A stretch of DNA of 51,537 nt from a virus (taxonomy: Duplodnaviria; Caudoviricetes). The notes beneath the pieces were generated by a model. The model saw only the letters and a program-made list of their open reading frames with translations, had not been told where the DNA came from and did no database searches. A program made the translations under genes and the position numbers. Location of the stretch: the IMG/VR virus record IMGVR_UViG_3300043907_000016, positions 1 to 51,537 of that record; one strand, written 5' to 3'. This document shows positions 43,457-51,537 of the stretch, piece after piece (positions within the stretch are counted from its first letter, which is position 1; each line of letters starts with the position of its first letter).

Positions 43457-46400
43457 TAGAAATTTGCCGCAAAAACCGTCATATTGCCATCGTAGATGTA
43501 AGTCTTGCCATAGTTTGCAAAATTACCGTTTTGATCGCAAGCCGACATTCCGAACTGAACCGTCGATCCATAGCTCATATTGATCTCCAGCAACGCGCTT
43601 GTTGCACACGCGCCATAACTGTCTTGCGGTTCAATCGACCTGGCAAGAAATTGCCAATTTCCGAAAGTCCCATAAGATCCAACTCGATACCAGATGCTTA
43701 GATACACGTCCACGCTTCCGGTCGAGCTGACAATGAATCTGACCGTACCACTTCTTACTCTGTTCGGTTTGTTTACTGATCCATCACCGCAAGTAAATTG
43801 AACGTTGCTCGATGTGGCTTTAATGGCCCCCAAAAAATACACGTCGCCGTATGCATCTGTATACCAGCTTGACGTGTCGCCGGTAAATTGAAAATATCCG
43901 GACGCAGTAGACGACAAGTCAACACTTGATGAGCCAACATCAATAAAGCTGACTGAATTTGTGTTGGTTCCAACGGCAATTTTGGCAGCGGACAAAAGGC
44001 CAGAAAAGGTTGCGGAACCATTGATAACGCTAAAGTTCGGGGTGTAGACATTTCCGTCCCCAGTCACTTGAAAGTAGCTGGATGTGTTAGCGTTACCGAG
44101 CAGCAAGCCACTGGAGCTTAGATGGAATCCGGTGCCAGACGACGGCCAAGCATACGCGGTAAAGTTCCCGCCGTTGACCATCCCTCTCATGATGGCGTTG
44201 CTAAACTCGGCAGAACCATTATTGTTAAGCGCCCAGCCAGCAGATCCAGACACGTAGTTCGACGAATGAATGCCATTCGTGTCAATGATGTTTGAACCAA
44301 TTGCCCCGGCTTGGGCGTACACGACGCCTTTAATGTTCAGGCTTGATCCATTCCAAGAAACGTTTTGAGTTGGAGATCCAACAAAAAATTGATACGCGCC
44401 ACCGTAACTACCGAGCAGAAATCCCGTACCGAAGTTAGAGGTCCCGATGGCATACCCAACGTCGCTAACGCCGCCATAGATCAAGCCCGTGTTGACGGAC
44501 ACCGAGGCGTTCAACGTTCCGGTGGTAATCTTGTCTGCTGTCAACGTGGCGATCTTCGCGTCGGTAATTGTGCCGTTCTGAATAAACACATCGGACAAAT
44601 AGACACCGGGCGGCACGTACACATTATTGATTGTCGTGCCGGTGGTGCGAACAATAAACGGAGTGGACGGCTGAATCGACGGCCCGCCTGGATTCGAGAT
44701 CGAGAAGCTGTCGGCGCGAACAATAAAGCTCGAGGTAGGCGTGCCGTTGTTGGAAATACTGGCAAGGCCAAATCCTGTCACGTATCCGTTGTTATCGATC
44801 TTGACGGTGTATTGACCTTGCAGTCCACCGATCTGACTGGCGTTGGTATAGAACTGTTGCTCCATCGTCACGCCGTTGTTTGAGCCAGTGACGTTGTTCA
44901 GGCGCGAGGAAATCTGTGTGACGCTTGATGCGGTGGAGCCAACCCTCTGATCGTCAGCGGCAACCCATGAGACACCGTTCCATTGCTTCAACAGATTGCC
45001 GTTGCCAGTGTCGATCCACAGATCACCAACCTTTGTTGCCGTGGGAGTGGCAGACTGAACGAACGACGCGCTCTTTGCAGAGGCTGTGTTCTGAGCTGCA
45101 ACGATGGACGAATAGACGTCGCCATTCACGTTCAGTCGAGCGTTGACAGTTGACGTCGAGGAAGAGATGGCTTTGTCGGTGTCGGTCTTGGTGTAATAGT
45201 TGGTAGTCAGCGTTGCGTTGGTCGCGTAGCTTGACAATGCGGTGGTGAGCGCAGTTGTCGATACGAGGTCAGACGTGGCGCTCGAGATAGCGGTGTTAGC
45301 GTCGGTCTTTGTGTAGTAGTTGCTGGTCAGCGCTGCATTGGTGACGTAGCTCTGCAACGCGGTGGTAAGTGCCGTGCTCGACACAAGGCCCGAGGTGGCG
45401 CTCGAGATCGCAGTGTTGGTGTCGGTCTTTGTGTAATACTGGTTGGTAAGCGTCGAGTTGGTGACGTAGTTGACCAGCGTGGTTGCGAGAGAGGTGCTCG
45501 ACACCAAGCTAGAGGTCGCCGCAGAGATTGCGCTGTTCGTATCTGTCTTGGTGTAGTAATCCTGCGTCAGCTTGGCGCTCGTAACATAACCAGTCAACGT
45601 GCTGTTGAAGTTGGACGTCAGAGTAGTTGCCGATGCGGCGATGGCTGAGTCTGTACCAGATTTGGTGTAATAGTTTGTGTTTAGGCTGGCTCTGGTTGCT
45701 GGCAACCCTGTCGTCGGGTCATTGACTTGAGATGCTAAAGTTTTCCGATCAGATACCTCCGCGGAAAGATTGGTCGTCAGCGTTGAGATCTGTGTGCCCT
45801 GGGCCGCAACGGCGCCCCCAAGCGATGAGTAATCTCCAATCTTTGTCCAGTACGTAGTGTCAGTAGGAAGATGACCGACTGTGGATTGATTGGCTTGATA
45901 CAAACCGCCGTTGTAAGTGACAACAGACCCGGACGCATACGAAACCGTGTTGCTGTACTGAGGGGTATTCAGCAAGTCATTGACCTGAGCCTGAACAATG
46001 GCAAGCCGATTATCCACTGATCCAACAACAGACGCCGGAGCGTCGATCAGGCTGATGCGAGTGGCCAAGGAGGAATACAGTTGAGACTCGGTAATTTGCC
46101 CAGTCAACAAAGTGACTAACGTGGCCGGGTTGGTGGCAGTAGTTGCGGAGGTGCCGGAGGTTGAGTTGTAAGGTCCGGTGACATTGGCTACCGAAACAAA
46201 CCGAATCCAGTAGTAGTACGTCTGCCCTTCCTGGGCTGCATCGGCATACAGGTTGGTATTGCTCCGACCGACAAGGACTGCATTCCCCAAATTGTTGGTA
46301 GTTGCTCGCCAGATCTCCGTGTACGCATGGTTGCGATACGGAGCTCCGTTCCAAGCCAGGTACACGTTGGTAAACGTGGGGGATGCGGTTAATCCTGTTG

Positions 46401-46677
46401 GGGCTGGAGGCGTCGTCAGATCTTTAGTCGGGTTGTATCCATCATCCAAGACGGCGGGGTTACGGACCAAAACCACCGTTCCATTGGTCAGCGTTGTGGC
46501 GCCACCTGACGTCACTACATTCAAATCAGAAAGATCGCGCAGTGTTACGTTTTGATCCAATGGATCACCAAGATGTCCCTCACGAACCTGGAGCACATTC
46601 TTGATGGCGCGAAGCACCTCCGTGACGTTGTCATCACGTACGTCTGGGATGGCTGCAACAAGTGTTTCGCGGCTCAT
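43456..46677 (-). CDS. Tail fibre/host-specificity protein (FN3-like, CBM-like, 40-aa repeats, DUF1983-like)
   Basis: PPAPTGL...YYYWIRFV (FN3-like); YASGSVVTYNGGLYQA...YW (CBM5/12-like); five YYTK repeats; YTVKID.NGYV.GFGL, FIVRAD.F and IQNGTIT.AKI. Confidence 0.85.
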   Translation of the reverse strand: MSRETLVAAIPDVRDDNVTEVLRAIKNVLQVREGHLGDPLDQNVTLRDLSDLNVVTSGGATTLTNGTVVLVRNPAVLDDGYNPTKDLTTPPAPTGLTASPTFTNVYLAWNGAPYRNHAYTEIWRATTNNLGNAVLVGRSNTNLYADAAQEGQTYYYWIRFVSVANVTGPYNSTSGTSATTATNPATLVTLLTGQITESQLYSSLATRISLIDAPASVVGSVDNRLAIVQAQVNDLLNTPQYSNTVSYASGSVVTYNGGLYQANQSTVGHLPTDTTYWTKIGDYSSLGGAVAAQGTQISTLTTNLSAEVSDRKTLASQVNDPTTGLPATRASLNTNYYTKSGTDSAIAASATTLTSNFNSTLTGYVTSAKLTQDYYTKTDTNSAISAATSSLVSSTSLATTLVNYVTNSTLTNQYYTKTDTNTAISSATSGLVSSTALTTALQSYVTNAALTSNYYTKTDANTAISSATSDLVSTTALTTALSSYATNATLTTNYYTKTDTDKAISSSTSTVNARLNVNGDVYSSIVAAQNTASAKSASFVQSATPTATKVGDLWIDTGNGNLLKQWNGVSWVAADDQRVGSTASSVTQISSRLNNVTGSNNGVTMEQQFYTNASQIGGLQGQYTVKIDNNGYVTGFGLASISNNGTPTSSFIVRADSFSISNPGGPSIQPSTPFIVRTTGTTINNVYVPPGVYLSDVFIQNGTITDAKIATLTADKITTGTLNASVSVNTGLIYGGVSDVGYAIGTSNFGTGFLLGSYGGAYQFFVGSPTQNVSWNGSSLNIKGVVYAQAGAIGSNIIDTNGIHSSNYVSGSAGWALNNNGSAEFSNAIMRGMVNGGNFTAYAWPSSGTGFHLSSSGLLLGNANTSSYFQVTGDGNVYTPNFSVINGSATFSGLLSAAKIAVGTNTNSVSFIDVGSSSVDLSSTASGYFQFTGDTSSWYTDAYGDVYFLGAIKATSSNVQFTCGDGSVNKPNRVRSGTVRFIVSSTGSVDVYLSIWYRVGSYGTFGNWQFLARSIEPQDSYGACATSALLEINMSYGSTVQFGMSACDQNGNFANYGKTYIYDGNMTVFAANF
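45165..45680 (-). repeat. ~120-bp (40-aa) tandem repeats inside the tail fibre gene
   Basis: YYTKTDTNxAISSATSxLVSxTALTTALxxYVTNxxL occurs about four times; five YYTK anchors. Confidence 0.9.
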
Positions 46678-48293
46678 ACTGACTTCAATTCTTCCGTGCT
46701 TTGAGCAATTGAGACTTCGATGACTTCAGCAGTTCCCTCGATCTGAAAGGCCCATTCGTAGGCACGGAATCCGGAAGGCAAACGGAACTGGTTGTTGTTC
46801 TGCACCACTTTTGCAGCAACCATTACTCCGTCAGCAAAGACTTTCATTATCACCGGATATTGGTAAGCGTTGACTTGTCCAAAACCAAAGTTGGTTGGAA
46901 AGTCAAGGCGGAACTGTTTGCTCTTCCAGGCGTACGGAAGCAGATATCCGTCGTCGAACCTGACAATGTTCCCGCTTTGAACCAGGTACAGTTTGTCGAT
47001 TGTGGCGTCATAGAACGCAGCCGACACTTCAGAGACAGTGTTGACGTCGCTGGTTGTGAATGTCGCGCCCTGCCCAGTAAAGTCAAACACCAAGGTCCCG
47101 CGAGCGCCGTTGTTGTACAAGCAATGGACACGACCGTTGTACGTGTACGATTGCATCGACGATGGCGTATACGCTTGCCATTGGTCTCGGTGCATTAGTC
47201 CTCTAGTGATGACGTCGTTACGAGTTCCAATCTCCACCAGGCCGTCAGGAGATGCGTAAATCACGCCGTTGCCGGTCTCAACGATAGATCGTTTGGAAAC
47301 ACAAGCTTGCGGCAGCGTAAGCTTGCTCGAGCTCATGGCGGCAGGGTCAACACCCTGGAACAGGTACGGGAACGAGGTTGTCAGAACTGCCACATACTGC
47401 CCATACGTGGCGATGCCGACGATGTCGTAATCGATCGGATACTGGTGCGGCCATGCATGCGGAAGGTTCGGCTCAGAGAAATATACGGTCCTGCCAACAA
47501 AGCCAACAGCCGCACCGTTTGCCATCAACCGAAGACCTTTCAGTCCGGCTGGAGGCGCATACCAGTTGGTGGACGGCATAACTTCGCCAAGGTCGGCTTG
47601 CGCCTTGCTGTCGTCGTACGAGCTGGTTGCAACCGGCACCTCGGCAACGAACTGCCATTGCGCTTTATTGCCAACCGTTGATGTGCGGTAGATGCGCTTG
47701 AGGGTAATGTTGTAAGCGCCGACAGGACCGCCAGGCAGATTGACAGTGACCGACGTACCAGGCTTCACCGTGACCAGGCCGGAAGCATTAGACGGCGGAC
47801 CCTCTTCTCCATACGCAGAAACGTACGTGACCAGGTAAGCCCTGGTCTCCGGAGTGTCTCCGGTGCCTGGCGCCGTGGTGTTTGACAGCGTTGGAGCGGA
47901 AGGAGAAGGAATACCAAGCAGGTAACTGGCGCGTGGATACGGGCCACTACCGGCTTGCAAGATCATATTGTTGGGGGCGTAGCGCGGGACGTTGTTACCA
48001 TCGGTCCAGTACAGTCGATCGTACTGATCCTGAGCGATCGGGGATCGAATGACGTCGGTGTCTTGGCCAAACTCAAGCCAGTAGTTGGATTCGTTTGAAC
48101 TGGTGCCGTAGCGGTAGATCGAGACTGGCGATGTACTTTGAAGAGGCTGAAGTGTCGTCGTAGCCTTCATAGGCAAAAGCGACCCAGAGACCAGCTTGAC
48201 GTTGCTGGCCACTTGAGCCTCAGACGTCGCCAACAAACGTGCGCTGACGATCGGCTTCAGGCCTCCGAATTGTTTGACGACGATTGCACTCAT
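46674..48293 (-). CDS. Tail nozzle/stabilisation-type protein
   Basis: 539 aa, beta-rich; F.G..P.VS.RLL, YV..YGEEGPPS, FSEP..PHAWP, YASPDGLV and WKSK.F motifs. Confidence 0.75.
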   Translation of the reverse strand: MSAIVVKQFGGLKPIVSARLLATSEAQVASNVKLVSGSLLPMKATTTLQPLQSTSPVSIYRYGTSSNESNYWLEFGQDTDVIRSPIAQDQYDRLYWTDGNNVPRYAPNNMILQAGSGPYPRASYLLGIPSPSAPTLSNTTAPGTGDTPETRAYLVTYVSAYGEEGPPSNASGLVTVKPGTSVTVNLPGGPVGAYNITLKRIYRTSTVGNKAQWQFVAEVPVATSSYDDSKAQADLGEVMPSTNWYAPPAGLKGLRLMANGAAVGFVGRTVYFSEPNLPHAWPHQYPIDYDIVGIATYGQYVAVLTTSFPYLFQGVDPAAMSSSKLTLPQACVSKRSIVETGNGVIYASPDGLVEIGTRNDVITRGLMHRDQWQAYTPSSMQSYTYNGRVHCLYNNGARGTLVFDFTGQGATFTTSDVNTVSEVSAAFYDATIDKLYLVQSGNIVRFDDGYLLPYAWKSKQFRLDFPTNFGFGQVNAYQYPVIMKVFADGVMVAAKVVQNNNQFRLPSGFRAYEWAFQIEGTAEVIEVSIAQSTEELKSV

Positions 48294-48308
48294 ACCAAAA
48301 CCCCCATC

Positions 48309-48620
48309 TCACCAAAGCTCTCGGCGCGCCCAGTAATTGGCGCTGAACGGGTCATTCTTGGTGGGGTTCCCGTTCTTGTCCTTGATCCCGGCAGATCGAG
48401 CCAGGTAATTCTCGCGGCGTTTCTCGTCGTGGTGCTGGGTGAAATCTTGCATTCCACGCAATCCGAACTTCACCATTTTGACCTCGTCGCCTTTCTTTGC
48501 GAGGACCATCTTCTTGTGGCTGTCGCCAGCCGGCGCATTGACGGGTTTGTTGAAGCCGGGGAACTCATGGCCGCGGTATTGCAACTTGCCGCTTTCGCGC
48601 TTGATGTCTGATGCTTTCAT
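48309..48620 (-). CDS. Small basic phage protein (DUF6321/DUF5754-like)
   Basis: NKP......KK.VLAK.GD.VK.VKFG...RR..Y.AR...SANYWAR..W. Confidence 0.7.
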   Translation of the reverse strand: MKASDIKRESGKLQYRGHEFPGFNKPVNAPAGDSHKKMVLAKKGDEVKMVKFGLRGMQDFTQHHDEKRRENYLARSAGIKDKNGNPTKNDPFSANYWARRELW

Positions 48621-48796
48621 TTTTTCCTCATACCTTTTAGGGTTTCCGCCAAACGGGCACGCTGACCCAGCTTGCCTGGTTGCTTTGCAGCCTTCTCAAG
48701 GACCTTTTCGGGGATCTTTTTTCCCTCCGGAATGCCCAGCTCTTTGTGCAGAGCTCCGGGATGCTTGATTGCTTTCTGAATCCATTTGGTAGCCAT
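48617..48796 (-). CDS. Small basic hypothetical protein
   Basis: MATKWIQKAIKHPGALHKELG...RARLAETLK; AAGGA RBS. Confidence 0.75.
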   Translation of the reverse strand: MATKWIQKAIKHPGALHKELGIPEGKKIPEKVLEKAAKQPGKLGQRARLAETLKGMRKK

Positions 48797-48812
48797 ACGA
48801 TTTTCCTTGGTG

Positions 48813-49427
48813 TTACGCCATAGCAGAGGAAGCGTCAAATGCTCCCATTGCAATCTGGGTTTGATGAATCCGGTCTTGCAAACCGATGGTTCCGCCGTTG
48901 ATCTTTTTGGTCAGGCCAGTCCAGTCTTGGGCGGATGCAAGCTGGTTGCAGTTGTGGGTTGACCAAAACCAACCCGCTGTCAGGGCTGCGTACTTGGGCG
49001 TAGCAACCAGGTCCGGGTCAGCCCAGAAGTCCACGCCAAGTGCTTTGCCAGCATTGAAGTAATTTGTTGAGCCAGTCAGTTGAATGCAACCTCTGCCTCG
49101 GAAACGATAACCGTCACCAGAACGCTCATCACGATTACCCATTCGGTTGGCGTAAACCATGTTAGCAATCTTCTTAGGATTTCCTTCATATTCATTTGCG
49201 ATCTCCTGAGTGGGGAAACGATTGGGCCACAGCTTCATCAGCGTGGCGGCGCGGTAGTTTAAGTTCTCCTCAAGGATACGGAAGTTTCCGCATTCATGAC
49301 CGCACTGACCAATGAACGCTGCCTGCTGCACATTCGAGTTGATCCCAAACCTGTTGAAGGTCTCGTTCAAAGGGTCAACCCATTGAGGGCCGATACCCAG
49401 CTTGCTCAATTCATCAGCGTTGACCAT
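48813..49427 (-). CDS. Endolysin, glycoside hydrolase family 19
   Basis: AAFIGQCGHEC, ENLNY, FRGRG.IQLTG..NY and TKKINGG motifs. Confidence 0.92.
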   Translation of the reverse strand: MVNADELSKLGIGPQWVDPLNETFNRFGINSNVQQAAFIGQCGHECGNFRILEENLNYRAATLMKLWPNRFPTQEIANEYEGNPKKIANMVYANRMGNRDERSGDGYRFRGRGCIQLTGSTNYFNAGKALGVDFWADPDLVATPKYAALTAGWFWSTHNCNQLASAQDWTGLTKKINGGTIGLQDRIHQTQIAMGAFDASSAMA

Positions 49428-49908
49428 TCATGTTCTCCCGCAAGTTGTTGAACGCGTCGATACAAGTGTTGAGCTGCTGTGTATTGCGATCGCCCTGAGC
49501 GACTATTTCTGCGATGGCTGCGAGGGTTGCTCGTTCGGCATCAGAAGCTTGGTCAGCCGGTCCGTTAGATTGGCTTCCCGCTTGGTTCCGATCTCCGGTA
49601 GAAGTGGTGGGATTTGGGGTGGATTGTACGCAACCTGTGGAGATCCGCACCCGACCAGCGCGAATGGCACGATCCAAAGCAGTTTGTTTTTGAGTGACAA
49701 CATCATTGGCCTCCTGAAGTTTGGTTGCGGCTTGATTAACCTGTTCCGTGAGTTTCTGTTCGGTCTGGCGGGACTCTTCATTTTTCTTGGCAATCTCAGA
49801 TTGCATCTCGGCATCACGCTCAGACCATCCCGCATGATGACCGTAGAAATAAGACCCCAGCAAAACGAGGATGGCACCAACAAGCACATAAGGATTGAAC
49901 AGGCTCAT
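49414..49908 (-). CDS. Inner-membrane spanin (Rz-like)
   Basis: N-terminal TM, coiled coil, G.VRI..C and late LN.CI; contains an embedded lipoprotein gene. Confidence 0.85.
   Translation of the reverse strand: MSLFNPYVLVGAILVLLGSYFYGHHAGWSERDAEMQSEIAKKNEESRQTEQKLTEQVNQAATKLQEANDVVTQKQTALDRAIRAGRVRISTGCVQSTPNPTTSTGDRNQAGSQSNGPADQASDAERATLAAIAEIVAQGDRNTQQLNTCIDAFNNLRENMNGQR
49503..49706 (-). CDS. Outer-membrane spanin lipoprotein (Rz1-like), embedded in Rz
   Basis: AGGAGG RBS at ATG 49706; signal peptide with lipobox LVGC; Pro-rich mature part. Confidence 0.85.
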   Translation of the reverse strand: MMLSLKNKLLWIVPFALVGCGSPQVAYNPPQIPPLLPEIGTKREANLTDRLTKLLMPNEQPSQPSQK

Positions 49909-50438
49909 TCTTCACTCCTTGCTGCCGCACGCTCCATGGCGATCTCTTCGCGCTCGGGATGCAAATAATTGGGAGGCGTTGTCGGTGTCGGTCCCGGCGT
50001 CCATGACTCATCCAACTGGGCATTGTTGAAGTTCATCCAATTGAAATTGGGCGCCTGACCGGGTTGCTGGAATGGCTGTTGTAAACCCATGGGTTGCTGA
50101 TACCCCTGTGTTTGTAAACCCACGGGTTGCGCACTGTAAAGCATTGGAGGCTGCATTGGGCCGGCAATTGCATTGGCCGCAGCCTTGACCGCACGCTTGG
50201 ACATGATCCCGCCGATACCGCCGACGATCAGCAGCACAATGTCGTTGAGCATCTTGGTGTACGCCTGGTCGATGGGCGCCATCGACTTGATCGGCTGCGT
50301 CACGAACGTGACAGAGTAGAGCAACGACACCACAATGAACACCAGGATCAACGTGACCATAATGACTACAAAGCCCCAGATGCGGACTTCGTACTCGTCA
50401 ACGGTTAGGCGTGGGGTCGGGCTGTTGTGTTGGGGCAT
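49905..50438 (-). CDS. Two-TM membrane protein with Gln/Pro-rich tail (holin candidate)
   Basis: Probable start ATG 50438. TM1 IWGFVV...LLYSV, TM2 IVLLIVGGIGGIM; located in the lysis cassette. Confidence 0.6.
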   Translation of the reverse strand: MPQHNSPTPRLTVDEYEVRIWGFVVIMVTLILVFIVVSLLYSVTFVTQPIKSMAPIDQAYTKMLNDIVLLIVGGIGGIMSKRAVKAAANAIAGPMQPPMLYSAQPVGLQTQGYQQPMGLQQPFQQPGQAPNFNWMNFNNAQLDESWTPGPTPTTPPNYLHPEREEIAMERAAARSEE

Positions 50439-50619
50439 TTTGGGGGACCTGCTTTTCCAGGACCGGAGCAACCAAGTATTCAGGACACATCTGCGTGAAC
50501 AGGCATTTGGGCTTTTGGCACTCAGGTTTGTAGAAGTTGTCAGGGTTTTGGCATGGGTAGCGATACCTGTCTTCGCAGCCGACAATCAGCACAGCAACGA
50601 TCAGCAGCAAGTACTTCAT
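50398..50619 (-). CDS. Small Cys-rich lipoprotein
   Basis: MKYLLLIVAVLIVGC lipobox plus four further Cys residues. Confidence 0.75.
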   Translation of the reverse strand: MKYLLLIVAVLIVGCEDRYRYPCQNPDNFYKPECQKPKCLFTQMCPEYLVAPVLEKQVPQNAPTQQPDPTPNR

Positions 50620-50628
50620 TTGATCGCT

Positions 50629-50901
50629 TTACTTCTGGCTCATCTGGTGCCAAAGGGCAAACGCCAGAAGCGCAAGAGCTCCTTTGGTTATCCACCCAAT
50701 CATCGTTTTCCAGGCTGTGGTCTTGGCATCACGCCATGAGTCCAAAAGACTTCGGAGTTCACGGACGTCAGTTGCGGCCTCCTGGTCATGCAGGCCAATA
50801 TCAGCAAGAGCTTTGCGCGCTCCGTAGACCGCCGCTTTGTTGAGCATGGTCTCGAGCTCTGTGTCCGTAATTGAACGAGATGCGGTAACAGGGAAGTCCA
50901 T
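50629..50901 (-). CDS. DUF6127-like single-TM protein (holin candidate)
   Basis: AA..GAR.AL..IGL.D..A..DVRELR.LLD.WR.AK plus a C-terminal TM. Confidence 0.65.
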   Translation of the reverse strand: MDFPVTASRSITDTELETMLNKAAVYGARKALADIGLHDQEAATDVRELRSLLDSWRDAKTTAWKTMIGWITKGALALLAFALWHQMSQK

Positions 50902-50976
50902 ATCTGCCCGGAACCTTTCAGAAATGAAGCCGCTGTCACGGCACAAAAGACATGGCTATTTTCGTTGGGGATTGCC

Positions 50977-51004
50977 AAAAAAAGCCCCGGAAAACCGGGG
51001 CCTT
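50977..51004 (-). terminator. Intrinsic terminator after the Dps-like gene
   Basis: Minus strand: GCCCCGG-tttt-CCGGGGC-T7. Confidence 0.85.
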
Positions 51005-51023
51005 AGACATAGCGAGTAACCGC

Positions 51024-51383
51024 TTACTTTAGGGTCCGCAATTTGTATAGGGTTCTGAGATGCAATCCAACGGCCTCATCAATCAGGTTCTGGATGGCGG
51101 TCTCTTCTTTGGGCACGGCGGTGTAACGAATCTTTTCGATCGCGGCGAGCTGGCGTTCAATGGCGTCAATGACATCCGTGTACGATGGGTACGGCAGGTA
51201 CGGAATTTCATCGATCACACCACGACGGCCCTGGTACACCTCGGTGATTTCGTCAGCCTTCTCCACCACCTCTTCGTAGAACTCGCCCAGGGCCATGTGC
51301 TGGGAAAAGCTGCGGGTGCGTAGATGCTCCCGGTGGGCGATCTCCCGGCTCAGGAACAGGAGAGCGATCAGACGCTGAATCAT
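51024..51383 (-). CDS. Dps/ferritin-like four-helix protein (DUF5856-like)
   Basis: H..HL.T.SF..H.ALGEFY......D...E.YQG and IQNLIDE......TLYKL; probable start ATG 51383. Confidence 0.75.
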   Translation of the reverse strand: MIQRLIALLFLSREIAHREHLRTRSFSQHMALGEFYEEVVEKADEITEVYQGRRGVIDEIPYLPYPSYTDVIDAIERQLAAIEKIRYTAVPKEETAIQNLIDEAVGLHLRTLYKLRTLK

Positions 51384-51427
51384 TTGAGCCCCTTGGAATA
51401 ATGGTACAGGGGCTATTTTCGTTGGGG

Positions 51428-51537
51428 TTAGGCCCATGGCAGAGGCTTGGACTCGAGTGCAGCTCTTGCGACCTCCTTATTAAGCACGAATTGAATGTGC
51501 GCTTTGACCGAGTCCATTTGTGTAAATGTTGATTCTA
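51428..51537 (-). CDS. C-terminus of a probable tail-fibre accessory protein (truncated by the right edge)
   Basis: Reads ...ESTFTQMDSVKAHIQFVLNKEVARAALESKPLPWA*; LPW endings are typical of fibre chaperone-like proteins. Confidence 0.5.
   Translation of the reverse strand, partial: ESTFTQMDSVKAHIQFVLNKEVARAALESKPLPWA

Noticed and set aside
43456-46677. Diversity-generating retroelement or invertible fibre cassette
   Set aside because: No reverse transcriptase, serine invertase or adenine-specific repeat pair was seen in the window.

Overview
The window is most of the genome of a tailed dsDNA phage with a podovirus-type virion module. It appears circularly permuted: a tail-fibre gene runs off the left edge and a probable fibre-accessory gene runs in from the right edge. 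An embedded Rz/Rz1 spanin pair indicates a Gram-negative host, probably a proteobacterium. Layout: (1) 1-11576, minus: fibre, adaptor, capsid, scaffold, portal and terminase genes, with a 308-aa intein inside the TerL Walker A motif. (2) About 11600-13080: a control region with a structured terS leader, a ~440-bp AT-rich palindromic and tandem-repeat tract, and three direct repeats at the strand switch. (3) 13090-19847, plus: small early genes plus an amidoligase and class II glutamine amidotransferase pair. (4) 20010-25360, minus: resolvase, HTH proteins and a T7 gp4-like primase-helicase; no DNA polymerase was recognised. (5) 25658-30879, plus: ERF, exonuclease, excisionase-like HTH, MazG-like protein, tyrosine integrase and an intact attP carrying the 3' half of tRNA-Asn. 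(6) 31035-51537, minus: HNH remnant, phosphoesterase, Ntn-type protease, a 2523-aa polyvalent/ejection protein, two more ejection proteins, GNAT, tail, lysis and Dps-like genes. The least explained signals are non-coding: the AT-rich tract, three different recurring motifs (CMCCAACGAAAAT, AATCATTCCRCG and TAGGG-W4-CCCTA) and two candidate structured RNAs. All family names come from motif recognition by eye, not from database searches.
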